The notes below the pieces were generated by a model that was given only the letters and a program-made list of their open reading frames with translations, ran no database searches and had not been told where the DNA came from. From contig CBDCBQ010000003.1 of NCBI GenBank assembly GCA_965214415.1, positions 162,091 through 226,090 of the forward strand: DNA of 64,000 bases, in the 5' to 3' direction. The DNA comes from an uncultured Lichenihabitans sp. Lineage in GTDB: Bacteria > Pseudomonadota > Alphaproteobacteria > Rhizobiales > Beijerinckiaceae. Positions 53,733-63,739 of the stretch are shown here, piece by piece. Each line of letters opens with the position of its first letter. The first letter of the stretch is position 1. A program made the position numbers and the translations under genes.

Positions 53733-54293
53733 TTGACCAAGGACTATTCCGGCCTGCCGGACGATCTGCCACGCCCGCACGACGATGGCGCCTGCGCCCA
53801 CCTGCCTGGCACGCGGATGCCGGCGCTCCGGCTCCCCGCGACCACGGGCGAGGATGTCGATCTCGCGGCGCTGCCGGCAGGTCGCACCGTGGTTTTCGTG
53901 TACCCGATGACGGGCCGCCCGGGCGTTGCCTTGCCGGACGGCTGGGACGAGATCCCCGGAGCGCGAGGCTGTACCCCGCAGAATTGCTCGATTCGCGATC
54001 TGCACCGCGAGTTCGCGGACCTTGGCGTCGCGATATTCGCGCTCAGCACGCAGTCCACGGACTACCAGGCGGAAATGGCCGAACGCCTGCACCTACCGTA
54101 CCCTGTGCTCAGCGACGAGAACCACGCGCTGGCCGACGCGCTTCGCCTGCCGACATTCGTCGCCAACCAGCAGCGGCTGATCCGCCGCCTGACCTTGGTG
54201 ATCAAGGACGGCATGATCGAGCATGTGTTCTACCCAGTCTTCCCGCCGGACACGAGCACCCAGGTCGTTTTTCACTGGCTCCAAGAGCACTGA
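53733..54293 (+). CDS. Peroxiredoxin (AhpC/TSA, Bcp-like)
   Basis: The context of peroxidatic Cys GCTPQNCS and FVYPMTGRPG support this call. TTG start. Confidence 0.8.
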   Translation: MTKDYSGLPDDLPRPHDDGACAHLPGTRMPALRLPATTGEDVDLAALPAGRTVVFVYPMTGRPGVALPDGWDEIPGARGCTPQNCSIRDLHREFADLGVAIFALSTQSTDYQAEMAERLHLPYPVLSDENHALADALRLPTFVANQQRLIRRLTLVIKDGMIEHVFYPVFPPDTSTQVVFHWLQEH

Positions 54294-54300
54294 AGACGCG

Positions 54301-54546
54301 TCAGATGCCGCTCTTGCGGTCGATCTGGCGGGTAGTTGACACGAGGCGATCCCAGCCCGTCTGCACGTCGCCCGACAGGACGCGGAGGTTTTCGTTGACG
54401 ACTGTCCAATTGACCATCTGGGGCGCCGGCCGCTCGGCGGCGCCTGGAGCGGTGTGCATCGCATCGACGACATAAGCGCTACCGATTGTCAGTATAACGC
54501 CGAGAATAAGCCCGGTGATGAAACGCATGTAAGCCTCCGAAATCAT
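54301..54546 (-). CDS. Small membrane-anchored protein, unknown function
   Basis: One TM segment FITGLILGVILTIGSAYVV in an 81-aa product. Confidence 0.4.
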   Translation of the reverse strand: MISEAYMRFITGLILGVILTIGSAYVVDAMHTAPGAAERPAPQMVNWTVVNENLRVLSGDVQTGWDRLVSTTRQIDRKSGI

Positions 54547-54617
54547 GAGCTGCTAAAGCAACGCTTGGCCGCGTTCGGCCGTTCCGTTGCGGGTGTTCGC
54601 GCGGAGAGGCTCTGCAT

Positions 54618-56429
54618 ATGTCGTTGAAGATCGAAGATTACGCCATGATCGGCGACAGTCAGACCGCCGCCCTGGTCGGGCGCGACGGCTCGATCGACTG
54701 GCTGTGCTGGCCGCGCTTCGATTCCGCCTCTTGCTTCTGTCGTATCCTCGGCGAGGAGGACAACGGCCGCTGGCTCCTGACCGCATCGGACCCCGATGCC
54801 AAGGTCACGCGAAGCTACAAGAAGAACACGCTGATTCTCGAGACGCGATACGAGACCAACGACGGCATCGCCGAGGTCATCGATTTCATGCCGGACACGC
54901 GGCCCGAGTGCTATCTCGTGCGCATCGTCCGCGGGCTGAAGGGGACGGTTAAGTTTCACACCGAGATGGTCATTCGCCCGAATTACGGGATCGCGATCCC
55001 CTGGATCAAGCGCGACAAGGAGGGGCACATCCGCGCCGTGGTCGGCGACGACGCGCTTATCTTGCGGACCAACGTCGAGCTGCACCCGGACCTGCGCCGC
55101 CACAGCGCCGATTTCGTGGTCAGCGCCGGCAAGAAGGTCGACTTCGTGCTCGGCTACCATCTCTCGTTCCAGGAGCCGCCGCCAGCCGTCGACCCCGTCA
55201 AGCTTTTGGCGCACACCGAGGGACGCTGGCACGGCTGGACCAAGTTCTTCGATGGCGAGAGCGATTACGCCGATCTGGTGCTGCACTCGCTGATCACGCT
55301 TCGCGCGCTGATCTACGAGCCCTCGGGCGCGATCGTCGCCGCGCCGACAACATCGCTGCCGGAGGAGCTCGGCGGCGGCCGCAACTGGGACTATCGCTAT
55401 TGCTGGTTGCGCGATGCAACCTTCACCTTGTTCGCGCTGATGAATGGCGGTTTTGTGCAGGAGGCCAAGAACTGGCGCACCTGGCTGCTGCGATCGATCG
55501 GTGGTGATCCCAGCCAGATTCAGATCATGTATGGGATCGGTGGGGAGTCGCGCATTCCGGAAACGGAGCTCGACTACCTCGCTGGCTACGAGGGATCGAA
55601 GCCGGTGCGGATCGGCAACGCGGCCGCCGGCCAGCTGCAGATCGATATCTTCGGCGAGTTGCTCGACGCGCTCTATCAGGCGCGCAAGCATGGCCTGACC
55701 GACGACGACGACGATTGGCCCGTGCAAATCCAGCTGCTCAAGCACCTAGAAGGCGTCTGGGAGCAGCCCGACGAGGGCATCTGGGAGATACGCGGCGCGC
55801 CGCAGCACTTCGTGTATTCGAAGGTGATGGCCTGGGTGGCGTTTGACCGGGCAATCAAGACGGTCGAGGAATTCGGCTTGCAGGGGCCGGTCGATGATTG
55901 GCGCAAGCTGCGTGACAAGATCCACGATGACGTCTGCCAGAAGGGCTTCAACAAGAAGCTGAACGCCTTCACGCAGGCCTACGGGTCGGAGGCGATGGAT
56001 GCCTCGGTCCTGCTCGCTTCGCTGACCGGTTTTCTCAAGGCCGACGATCCGCGTATCAGCGGCACCATCGAGGCCGTTGAAAAATACCTGATGAAAGACG
56101 GCTTCGTTCGCCGCTATAACACCGACGGCGGGCACGACGGACTCAAGGGAACGGAGGGCGCGTTCATAGCCTGCTCGTTCTGGTTTGTCGACAACCTGAC
56201 GTTGATCGGCCGTCGCGACGATGCGCGCGCGATGTTCAAGCGATTGACGTCGCTCGCGACCGATCTCGGCTTCCTCTCGGAAGAATACGACATCGAGAAC
56301 AAACGGTTGATCGGCAACTTTCCGCAGGCGTTCTCGCACATCGCGCTGATCAACTCGGCGTTCAATCTGCGCGAGCGCAATTCGCCCGCCGAGCAGCGTT
56401 CGGGTGATGGCGACACCCGACGCTCCTGA
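54618..56429 (+). CDS. Glycoside hydrolase family 15 (glucoamylase/trehalase-like)
   Basis: MSLKIEDYAMIGDSQTAALVGRDGSIDWLCWPRFDS is the canonical bacterial GH15 N-terminus, and NWDYRYCWLRDA is also present. Confidence 0.92.
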   Translation: MSLKIEDYAMIGDSQTAALVGRDGSIDWLCWPRFDSASCFCRILGEEDNGRWLLTASDPDAKVTRSYKKNTLILETRYETNDGIAEVIDFMPDTRPECYLVRIVRGLKGTVKFHTEMVIRPNYGIAIPWIKRDKEGHIRAVVGDDALILRTNVELHPDLRRHSADFVVSAGKKVDFVLGYHLSFQEPPPAVDPVKLLAHTEGRWHGWTKFFDGESDYADLVLHSLITLRALIYEPSGAIVAAPTTSLPEELGGGRNWDYRYCWLRDATFTLFALMNGGFVQEAKNWRTWLLRSIGGDPSQIQIMYGIGGESRIPETELDYLAGYEGSKPVRIGNAAAGQLQIDIFGELLDALYQARKHGLTDDDDDWPVQIQLLKHLEGVWEQPDEGIWEIRGAPQHFVYSKVMAWVAFDRAIKTVEEFGLQGPVDDWRKLRDKIHDDVCQKGFNKKLNAFTQAYGSEAMDASVLLASLTGFLKADDPRISGTIEAVEKYLMKDGFVRRYNTDGGHDGLKGTEGAFIACSFWFVDNLTLIGRRDDARAMFKRLTSLATDLGFLSEEYDIENKRLIGNFPQAFSHIALINSAFNLRERNSPAEQRSGDGDTRRS

Positions 56430-56442
56430 CCACGAACGGACG

Positions 56443-57312
56443 TCAGATGTAGGGGCGCCAAACATCCGGGATGAACGCGTAGCCGCCATCGCCGAGCTTC
56501 TCGAGATGCGCGAGCGCGGGAAAATCGAGATGCGATCCGGCGACCAGCAGCTTGTCGGTCGCGACCTTGTCGAACAGCCGCCTGCGGTGAGCCTTGGCCT
56601 GCTCTGGGTCGGCATCGAAGGCGACGCAAACGTCGGGATAACGCGACTGCAGCACCGGCATGTGAACAATATCCGTCCACATCAGGAGCGAGTCGTTGCC
56701 CGACATGATCTGGAAGCCAGTGTGGCCCGGCGTATGGCCGGGCAGCGGCTCCGCCTCGATGCCCGGCGCGACCTCGCCCTTCGTGAAGGTCCGCATGCGA
56801 TCCTTGTAGGGTTTGACGGCGCCCTGGGCGACGTCGAAGAACGGCTTCATCTCGGCCGGCGGATTGGTCGTCTCGAGCCAGAACTTCGCTTCGTCGGCAT
56901 GCAGCAGCATCTCGGCGTTCGGGAAGACGGCGCGTCCATCCTCCGTCGCGAGACCGCCGGCATGATCGGGGTGCAGATGCGACACGAGGATCGTGTCGAC
57001 TGAGTCGGGCGAGACGCCCGCGGCGTTGAGCGCGGCAGGTAGTCGCCCGCCATCGAACATTGAATTCTTGCCGGCGCCCGAGTCGATCAAAACGACCTTG
57101 CCGCCGGTGTGGACGACGAAGCAGTTGATCGTGAAGATCGGCTCGGTCGGTCGGAAACGCGATGCAAGAAGCTTCTTGCCCTCCGCCTCGTCGATGCCTT
57201 TGACGAGGCCGAAATTGCAGTTGAGCACGCCGTCGGTGATGGAGGTCACGACAATATCGCCGATCTTCTTGCGATAGAGGCTCGGCGCCTGCGTCGTCGG
57301 GGCGTTCTGCAT
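56443..57312 (-). CDS. MBL-fold metallo-hydrolase
   Basis: HLHPDHAGG metal motif and downstream His/Asp ligands. The start is at the internal ATG MQNAPT. Confidence 0.85.
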   Translation of the reverse strand: MQNAPTTQAPSLYRKKIGDIVVTSITDGVLNCNFGLVKGIDEAEGKKLLASRFRPTEPIFTINCFVVHTGGKVVLIDSGAGKNSMFDGGRLPAALNAAGVSPDSVDTILVSHLHPDHAGGLATEDGRAVFPNAEMLLHADEAKFWLETTNPPAEMKPFFDVAQGAVKPYKDRMRTFTKGEVAPGIEAEPLPGHTPGHTGFQIMSGNDSLLMWTDIVHMPVLQSRYPDVCVAFDADPEQAKAHRRRLFDKVATDKLLVAGSHLDFPALAHLEKLGDGGYAFIPDVWRPYI

Positions 57313-57491
57313 GGTGTCTCCTGCGATACACGGGCTGTTGACGAGGAATATGGTGCGTGGTGGCGAGGGGGGCCACCGCGGCGGCCGACTTAGGCGCACG
57401 CCGCGACACGCTTGTACAGCGCGCCGACGGCAACCACCTGCCTCTCAAACGAACGGACAGCTCGGGCGCAGCGCCCGATAGGCAGCCACAG

Positions 57492-58406
57492 ATGGACATC
57501 GACGTCTTTACCTGTGACGACAGCGTTTCACGTGATCCCCCGCGAAACGACCCGCTCGACGCCTATTCGCGGACAGTTGCCGGCGTCGTCGATCGCGTCG
57601 GGCCAGCGGTCGTGCGCGTGGAGACCGGCGGTGCCGGCCGGCCCGGCGGCATCGGCTCCGGCGTCGTCATCGCCGACGATGGGCTCGTCGTCACCAACTC
57701 GCACGTGGTCGCGGGCGCGCGTCGCGTCCGGCTCGTGCTCACCGAGAGCCCGGAGGCAACCGCCGAAGTCATCGGCGATGATCCCGACACCGACTTGGCG
57801 CTTCTGCGCGCGCCGCTGCCGCGCGGGACGGCGGTCGCGCGGCTCGGCGATTCGAAGGCGCTCCGGCGCGGCCACCTCTCGTCGCCATCGGCGATCCGCT
57901 CGGCTTCGAATCGACGGTCACGGCCGGCGTCGTCTCGGCGCTCGGCCGCTCGCTGCGCGCCCGCGGCGGTCGGCTCATCGAGGACGTGATCCAAACCGAT
58001 GCGGCTTTGAACCCCGGCAATTCCGGCGGCCCGCTCGTCGCCGGATCAGGCGAGGTCGTCGGCATCAATACCGCGATGATCGGCGGCGCGCAGGGCCTGT
58101 GCTTCGCCATCTCCAGCAACACGGCGCGCCTCGTCGTCGGCGAATTCGTCGCGCACGGGCATGTGCGGCGCGCCCACCTCGGCATCGAGGCACAGACGGT
58201 GCTGCGGCGCGACGGGTTGCGATCGCGATCGGCAGCGGGCCACGCGGCGTGCGCATCGGCGCGCTCGAGCCGGGCGGCCCGGCCATGGCGGGCGGTCTCC
58301 CGGTCGGCGACTCGATCTTCGAACCGGAGGGGCAGGCGATCCAGCTGACCGTGCTGCGGCGCGGACAGTCGAGTGCTTCGTTGTCGTGCCACGCGAGCGC
58401 TCGTAG
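57492..58406 (+). pseudogene. HtrA/DegP-like S1C serine protease with a PDZ domain, split over three frames
   Basis: Frame 0 carries GSGVVIADDGLVVTNSHVV...DTDLALLR...[10 protein letters not shown]. Frame 2, from about 57881, carries [23 protein letters not shown]...[15 protein letters not shown]...HLGIEAQTV. Frame 1, from about 58210, carries [36 protein letters not shown]. The end may lie in frame 0 (VECFVVVPRERS*). Confidence 0.75.
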
Positions 58407-58919
58407 CCACAACCGACGCGGCGGCGAAAATCGCCGACGCCATGAAGACCGACGCGGCGGCGCGTGTTGCCGACGCCATGAACAATAATCCTCTTTGCGG
58501 AGCCGATGAGAGGAGAATTTCACTCTAGGCGCGAGATTCAATACGGAAGTTCGACCTCTTGCGACCGGCGAGAAAGCAGACGATATTTGACCTCGCAACT
58601 ACTGATCGCGGGTTCGCCAAATGTTTGAGCCGTTCGGAATGCTGGTTCGGGTGCCGAAGTCGGCGAGCGAGTTCGCCAGCAATTGCGCGAAGGGCGGTAA
58701 CTCGCGTCTTTACAAGGCGACGCTGTACGGCTTCTGGCTCGTCGTCTGCGCGATTGTCGTCGCGAGGGTGGTCGTGGTGCAGCACGGCAGCCTGTTCGAC
58801 TTCGCGCCCTAGCCCCGAAATTCCGTCAAGAAAGCCGGTCGCGGCAAATAACTTCTCTCGATGCGCCTGGCGAGAGAATGTACTAGTCGCCGCGATCAGC
58901 AGCTCGCATCACGGCGTCC

Positions 58920-59999
58920 ATGGACCAAACCTCGTCAGAGCCGGGCGCGCCACGGCCACGCCCTTCGGCCGCCAAGCGGATGCTGCGGCTCGTTCCGGGG
59001 ATCGTGCTCTGCGTTGCCGTTACGCTAGTCTCGGTTGGCCTGCAGATCGTCGAAGAGGGTGCGCTCGGCCACCCCTATGTCGAGGCGCTCGTCCTCGCGA
59101 TCCTGCTCGGCATGGCGATCCGCACCGCCTGGACGCCTGGGCCGCGGTTCGCGCGCGGCATCGCTTTCAGCGCCAAGCAGTTGCTCGAGGTCGCGGTCAT
59201 GCTGCTCGGCGCCTCGATCAGCCTCGCCGCGCTCGCCGCCTCCGGCCCAATTCTGCTCGGCGCGATCTTCCTCACGGTCGCGATCGCGCTCCTCGCCAGC
59301 CTGCTGATCTGCCGCGTCATCGGCCTGCCGATCCGCATGGCGATCCTGGTGGCGTGTGGCAACTCGATCTGCGGCAATTCCGCGATCGCGGCCGTGGCCC
59401 CGGTGATCCACGCCGACGGCGACGACATCGCGTCGTCGATCTCGTTCACCGCCATCCTCGGCGTGCTGATGGTGCTCGGCCTGCCGTTGCTGATCCCTCT
59501 GCTGCATCTGAACGCCCGACAATATGGCATCCTCGCCGGGCTCACCGTCTACGCGGTGCCGCAGGTCCTGGCGGCGACCGTCCCGGCGGGGCTTGTCGCC
59601 ACGCAGATCGGAACGCTCGTCAAGCTCGTGCGCGTCCTGACGCTGGGGCCTGTCGTGATCGTCATGTCGCTGCTCGCCCACCGGCTGCCCGGCGCGCCGC
59701 GTTCCGAAGTGCCGGCCAAGAAGCGCTTCAACATCTTCAAGTTCGTGCCGTGGTTCATCCTCGGCTTTCTGCTTTTGACGGGCGTGCGCTCGGCCGGTCT
59801 CGTACCGAATGCCGCGATCGTGCCGATCACCAAGCTCGCCGGCATCCTCACCGTCGTGTCGATGGCGGCGCTGGGCCTCGGCGTCGATGTCCGCGTGATT
59901 AGCCGCGTCGGTGGCCGCGTGACCGCCGCGGTCACGCTCTCGCTCTTGTTCCTGTTGGTGCTCAGCATTGCGCTGATCCACCTGCTGCGGCTCGGCTGA
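58920..59999 (+). CDS. YeiH/UPF0324 family putative sulfate exporter-type membrane protein
   Basis: A hydrophobic protein with about 10 TM segments, with CGNSICGNSAIAAVAP as the family signature. Confidence 0.85.
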   Translation: MDQTSSEPGAPRPRPSAAKRMLRLVPGIVLCVAVTLVSVGLQIVEEGALGHPYVEALVLAILLGMAIRTAWTPGPRFARGIAFSAKQLLEVAVMLLGASISLAALAASGPILLGAIFLTVAIALLASLLICRVIGLPIRMAILVACGNSICGNSAIAAVAPVIHADGDDIASSISFTAILGVLMVLGLPLLIPLLHLNARQYGILAGLTVYAVPQVLAATVPAGLVATQIGTLVKLVRVLTLGPVVIVMSLLAHRLPGAPRSEVPAKKRFNIFKFVPWFILGFLLLTGVRSAGLVPNAAIVPITKLAGILTVVSMAALGLGVDVRVISRVGGRVTAAVTLSLLFLLVLSIALIHLLRLG

Positions 60000-60003
60000 G
60001 GTC

Positions 60004-61599
60004 TCACGAGATCGCGACGACGACACCTTCGTTCGCGGCAAGTGTCATCGCGCCGTGGACCGTTTCGCCGTCGCGCGCGAGCGACGTCGACAGCACGATG
60101 TGCCCCGGCTCCATGCCTTTGACGCCGGCTTCGTCCGCCGTGAAATTCAGCAGGATCGCCAATCGCGCATCGACCAGCGTGCGCTCGAACGACAGCACCG
60201 TCCCGTCCGATGCGATCTTTCCGATCGCGCCGCCGACAAGGGCGGGTTGCGCCTTGCGCAGGGTGAGCAGGCGGTCGTAGAGGGCGAGCATCGAGCGTGG
60301 ATCGCGCGCCTCCGACGCGACGTTGATCGCGGCGTGCTCGCCGAGCGGCAGCCACGGCGTGCCCGTGGTGAAGCCCCCCTCCGCGGAATCGTCCCACGGC
60401 ATCGGCGTACGCTCGGGGTCGCGGCCAAAGCCGAGGCCGGGCTCGCGCTTCTCGAAGGGGTCTTGCACGATCTCGGGCGGTATCGGCGTATCGAGCATGC
60501 CGATTTCCTCGCCATAATAGACTGTCGGCGTGCCGCGCAGCATGAGTAGCAGCATCGCCGCCACGCGGGCCTGGGCCGGCCCGACCCGCGAGCCGATGCG
60601 CGACCTGTCGTGGTTCGAGAGGACCCAATTCGGCCACGCGCCCGGCGGCAGCGCGGCGTTGTAGTCGGCGACGATCTTGGCGATGCTGTCGGCGGTCCAT
60701 GCCGCGCCGATCAGCAGGAAGTTGAACGGCATCTGCGCGCCGCGCAGGCCTGGCCCATAGTAAGCGACCAAACGATCGAGCGGCAGATAGATCTCGCCGA
60801 TCAGCAGCCGGTCGCCCGGATAATTGTCGAGCACGACGCGCATCTCCTCGACGAGATCCATCATCTCCGGCCGGTCGCAGTCGTAGGTCGGGATCATCCT
60901 GTCGCGCGAACTCATGCCGGGCTTCCAGTCAGGATTTGGCGGATTGTCGCGCAGATGCTCGTCCTTGATCAGGCACCAGATCACGTCGACGCGAAAGCCG
61001 TCGACGCCCTTTCCGAGCCAGAAGCGCAGCACGTCGAACATCGCCTGCTTGACCTGGGGGTTGCGCCAATTGAGGTCGGGCTGCTCCTTCAGGAACGAGT
61101 GCAGGTAATACTGGCCGGTCGCCTCGTCCAAGGTCCAGGCGATGCCGCCGAAATGCGACAGCCAATTGTTCGGCGGCCCACCGCCAGGCGCCGGATCGCG
61201 CCAGATGTACCAATCGCGTTTGGAATTGTTGCGCGAGGCGCGGCTCGTGACGAACCAGGGATGCTGGTCCGACGAATGGTTCGGCACGAAATCGAGGACG
61301 AGCCTCATGCCACGTGCGTGGACGTCGGCAATCAGCCGGTCGAAGTCCGCCATCGTGCCGAACAGCGAATTGATATCGCCGTAGTCGGCGACGTCGTAAC
61401 CGAAGTCAGCCATCGGCGAGGGGTAGATCGGCGACAGCCAGATCGTGTCGATGCCGAGCTTGGCGAAGTGGTCGAGCCGCCGCCGCACGCCCTCGAGGTC
61501 GCCGATCCCGTCGCCATTGGTATCCTGGAAGGAGCGCGGGTAGACTTGGTAGATGACCGCACGCTGCCACCAGCTGCTCGTGCCGTCCTGCTTCGCCAT
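60004..61599 (-). CDS. GH13 alpha-glucosidase (oligo-1,6-glucosidase / AglA-like)
   Basis: WWQRAVIYQVYPRSFQDTNGDGIGDL..., DFVPNHSS, GFRVDVI and VLSNHD are the conserved GH13 regions. Confidence 0.92.
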   Translation of the reverse strand: MAKQDGTSSWWQRAVIYQVYPRSFQDTNGDGIGDLEGVRRRLDHFAKLGIDTIWLSPIYPSPMADFGYDVADYGDINSLFGTMADFDRLIADVHARGMRLVLDFVPNHSSDQHPWFVTSRASRNNSKRDWYIWRDPAPGGGPPNNWLSHFGGIAWTLDEATGQYYLHSFLKEQPDLNWRNPQVKQAMFDVLRFWLGKGVDGFRVDVIWCLIKDEHLRDNPPNPDWKPGMSSRDRMIPTYDCDRPEMMDLVEEMRVVLDNYPGDRLLIGEIYLPLDRLVAYYGPGLRGAQMPFNFLLIGAAWTADSIAKIVADYNAALPPGAWPNWVLSNHDRSRIGSRVGPAQARVAAMLLLMLRGTPTVYYGEEIGMLDTPIPPEIVQDPFEKREPGLGFGRDPERTPMPWDDSAEGGFTTGTPWLPLGEHAAINVASEARDPRSMLALYDRLLTLRKAQPALVGGAIGKIASDGTVLSFERTLVDARLAILLNFTADEAGVKGMEPGHIVLSTSLARDGETVHGAMTLAANEGVVVAIS

Positions 61600-61676
61600 C
61601 GCGGCCCCCCCTCGTCGGAACAATATCTGCTACTGGACGTCCGGGCGACCAATGGCCTTCGGAAAGCAGGTACGAC

Positions 61677-62513
61677 ATGTTGATCCGCTTCGGCTACGAC
61701 ATCACGGTGACCTGCTCGCAACCGACACCGATGATCTCGATGTTGACGGTGCGCGAGGAGCATGGGGCCGCCTTGCGGGCGCCGGAGAGTTTCGCCGCGA
61801 CCCCGGCCATTCCCACGACGGTGTACCGCGACCTGTTCGGCAACGACTGCCGCCGTTTCACCGCGCCGGTCGGCGATCTGCAGATCTGGGGCGACGGGAC
61901 CATTCTGGACGACGGCACGCATGATCCAGTCGACCTCGAGGCCACCGAGGTCCCGGTCGCCGAACTGCCGGACGATTGCCTCGTCTTCCTGCTCGGCAGC
62001 CGTTACTGCGAGACCGATCGGCTGAGCCAGATCGCCTGGGACCTGTTCCAGAATGTCCCGCCCGGCTGGGCGCGCGTCCAGGCGATCTGCGATTTCGTGC
62101 ACGGCCACATCAAGTTCGACTACCAGCGCGCGCGCTCGACGCGCACCGCGTTCGAGGGCTATGAGGAGCGCATCGGAGTCTGCCGCGACTTCGCGCATCT
62201 CGCCATCGCGCTCATCCGCTGCATGAACATGCCGGCGCGCTATGTGAACGGCTACCTTGGCGACATCGGCGTTCCGCTCAACGATCCCATGGACTTCAGC
62301 GCCTGGATCGAGGTCTATCTCGGCGGCCGCTGGATCACCTTCGATCCGCGCAACAACATTCCGCGTATAGGCCGCATCGTCGTCGCGCGGGGCCGGGACG
62401 CGACCGATGTCCCGCTGATCAATTCGTTCGGCTGGCACCACTTGAAGGCGTTCCGGGTGTGGGCCTACGAGCTTGAGGAGGCCGTCGCGGCACCGCAGCC
62501 GGCGTCGGCCTAG
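61677..62513 (+). CDS. Transglutaminase-like cysteine protease superfamily protein
   Basis: An N-terminal bacterial TGase-N region and the catalytic GVCRDFAHL ... Asp/His core. Confidence 0.85.
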   Translation: MLIRFGYDITVTCSQPTPMISMLTVREEHGAALRAPESFAATPAIPTTVYRDLFGNDCRRFTAPVGDLQIWGDGTILDDGTHDPVDLEATEVPVAELPDDCLVFLLGSRYCETDRLSQIAWDLFQNVPPGWARVQAICDFVHGHIKFDYQRARSTRTAFEGYEERIGVCRDFAHLAIALIRCMNMPARYVNGYLGDIGVPLNDPMDFSAWIEVYLGGRWITFDPRNNIPRIGRIVVARGRDATDVPLINSFGWHHLKAFRVWAYELEEAVAAPQPASA

Positions 62514-62520
62514 GGGGACG

Positions 62521-63615
62521 CTACACCCAGCCGGCCAGCTCGCGGCGGACGATGTCCTCGATCACGGTCATGCCGATGTCGGAATCGTTGAGGCAGGGCA
62601 GGGCGGCGAAGTCCCGACCGCCGTTCTCCAGGAAATAGTGCCGGTTCTCGACGCCGAGCTCCTCGATCGTCTCGAGGCAGTCGGCGGCGAAGCCCGGCGC
62701 CACGACCGCCATGGAGCGCACGCCGGCCTTCGCCATGCTCTTGATCGTCTCGTCCGTGTAGGGTTGCAGCCACTCGGCCGGCCCGAACCGGCTCTGAAAG
62801 CTCATCCGGAACTCATCCGCGCTGAGGCCCATGGCGTGGCGTAGCCGCTGCCAGGTCTCGATGCACTGGCCCTGGTAGGGATCGCCGAGGTCGACATAGT
62901 CCTGCGGCACGCCGTGGAACGAGGCGAGCAGGACCTCGGGCTTGAACGGCAACTCGTCGACCGACGCGCGGATCGAGCGCGCCATGGCGTCCACGTAGGC
63001 TTGCGACTGGAAATAGGGGTGCGCCACCCGCATCGTCGGCTGGAAGCGCATCGCGGCCAGCGCCTCGAACGCCTTGTCGCAGACGGTGGCCGAGGTCGCC
63101 GCCGCGTATTGCGGATAGAGCGGCACAAGCAGGAATTTGTCGCAGCCCTGCGCGACCAGCGAGTTGATGCCCTGCTTTATCGACGGGTTACCATAACGCA
63201 TGCCCCATTCGACGACCACATCGTGGCTGCGCCCAATGCCGGCCTTGAGACCCCCCTGGTCGATCCACGCGGCGAGCTTGTCCGACTGCGAGCGGGTGAT
63301 GGTCCGCAACGGGCTCTCGTCGCGATCGGTGTTCCAGATCGATGCGTAATCCTTCCCCTTGGCCGATGGGCGGACCGAGAGGATGATCAAGTTGAGGATC
63401 GGCCACCAGATCAACCGGGGTGTCTCGATGACGCGGCGATCGGACAAGAATTCCTTCAGGTAACGGCGCATCGACCAATAATCGGTCGCATCAGGCGTCC
63501 CGAGGTTGACGAGCAGCACGCCGGTCTTCGCCTTTGGAAAGCCGAGCGGCGCCGCGACGGGGCAAGTCGCCTCTCGCGTGTCGGGCTTGTGAAGGGCGAT
63601 CACTTCGGCGGTCAC
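62521..63615 (-). CDS. hemH: Ferrochelatase
   Basis: GVLLVNLGTPDA..., LVPLYPQYAAATS and SFHGVP are the canonical HemH motifs. Confidence 0.95.
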   Translation of the reverse strand: MTAEVIALHKPDTREATCPVAAPLGFPKAKTGVLLVNLGTPDATDYWSMRRYLKEFLSDRRVIETPRLIWWPILNLIILSVRPSAKGKDYASIWNTDRDESPLRTITRSQSDKLAAWIDQGGLKAGIGRSHDVVVEWGMRYGNPSIKQGINSLVAQGCDKFLLVPLYPQYAAATSATVCDKAFEALAAMRFQPTMRVAHPYFQSQAYVDAMARSIRASVDELPFKPEVLLASFHGVPQDYVDLGDPYQGQCIETWQRLRHAMGLSADEFRMSFQSRFGPAEWLQPYTDETIKSMAKAGVRSMAVVAPGFAADCLETIEELGVENRHYFLENGGRDFAALPCLNDSDIGMTVIEDIVRRELAGWV

Positions 63616-63739
63616 GTATCCTCGTCCGCGTTCGGCTCAGGTGGCGTTGATGTGGTCTCGGCGAGAGCCATTCTAAGGGGCGCGCGCGGGTCTGTCATGT
63701 GCGGTGGGGACGCGCTTTGCCGCACGGCCTGCCGGCCGC

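Noticed and set aside
57412-58488. 358-aa ORF in frame 1 spanning the whole htrA-like locus
   Set aside because: Only its C-terminal third (the PDZ part) is meaningful. The rest is an Arg/Ser/Pro-rich off-frame translation of the protease domain. The locus is better explained as one frameshifted protease gene.
58621-58812. 63-aa ORF with one hydrophobic segment upstream of the yeiH-like gene
   Set aside because: No RBS and no recognisable family, and several overlapping alternative ORFs exist on both strands. The evidence is insufficient to call a gene.
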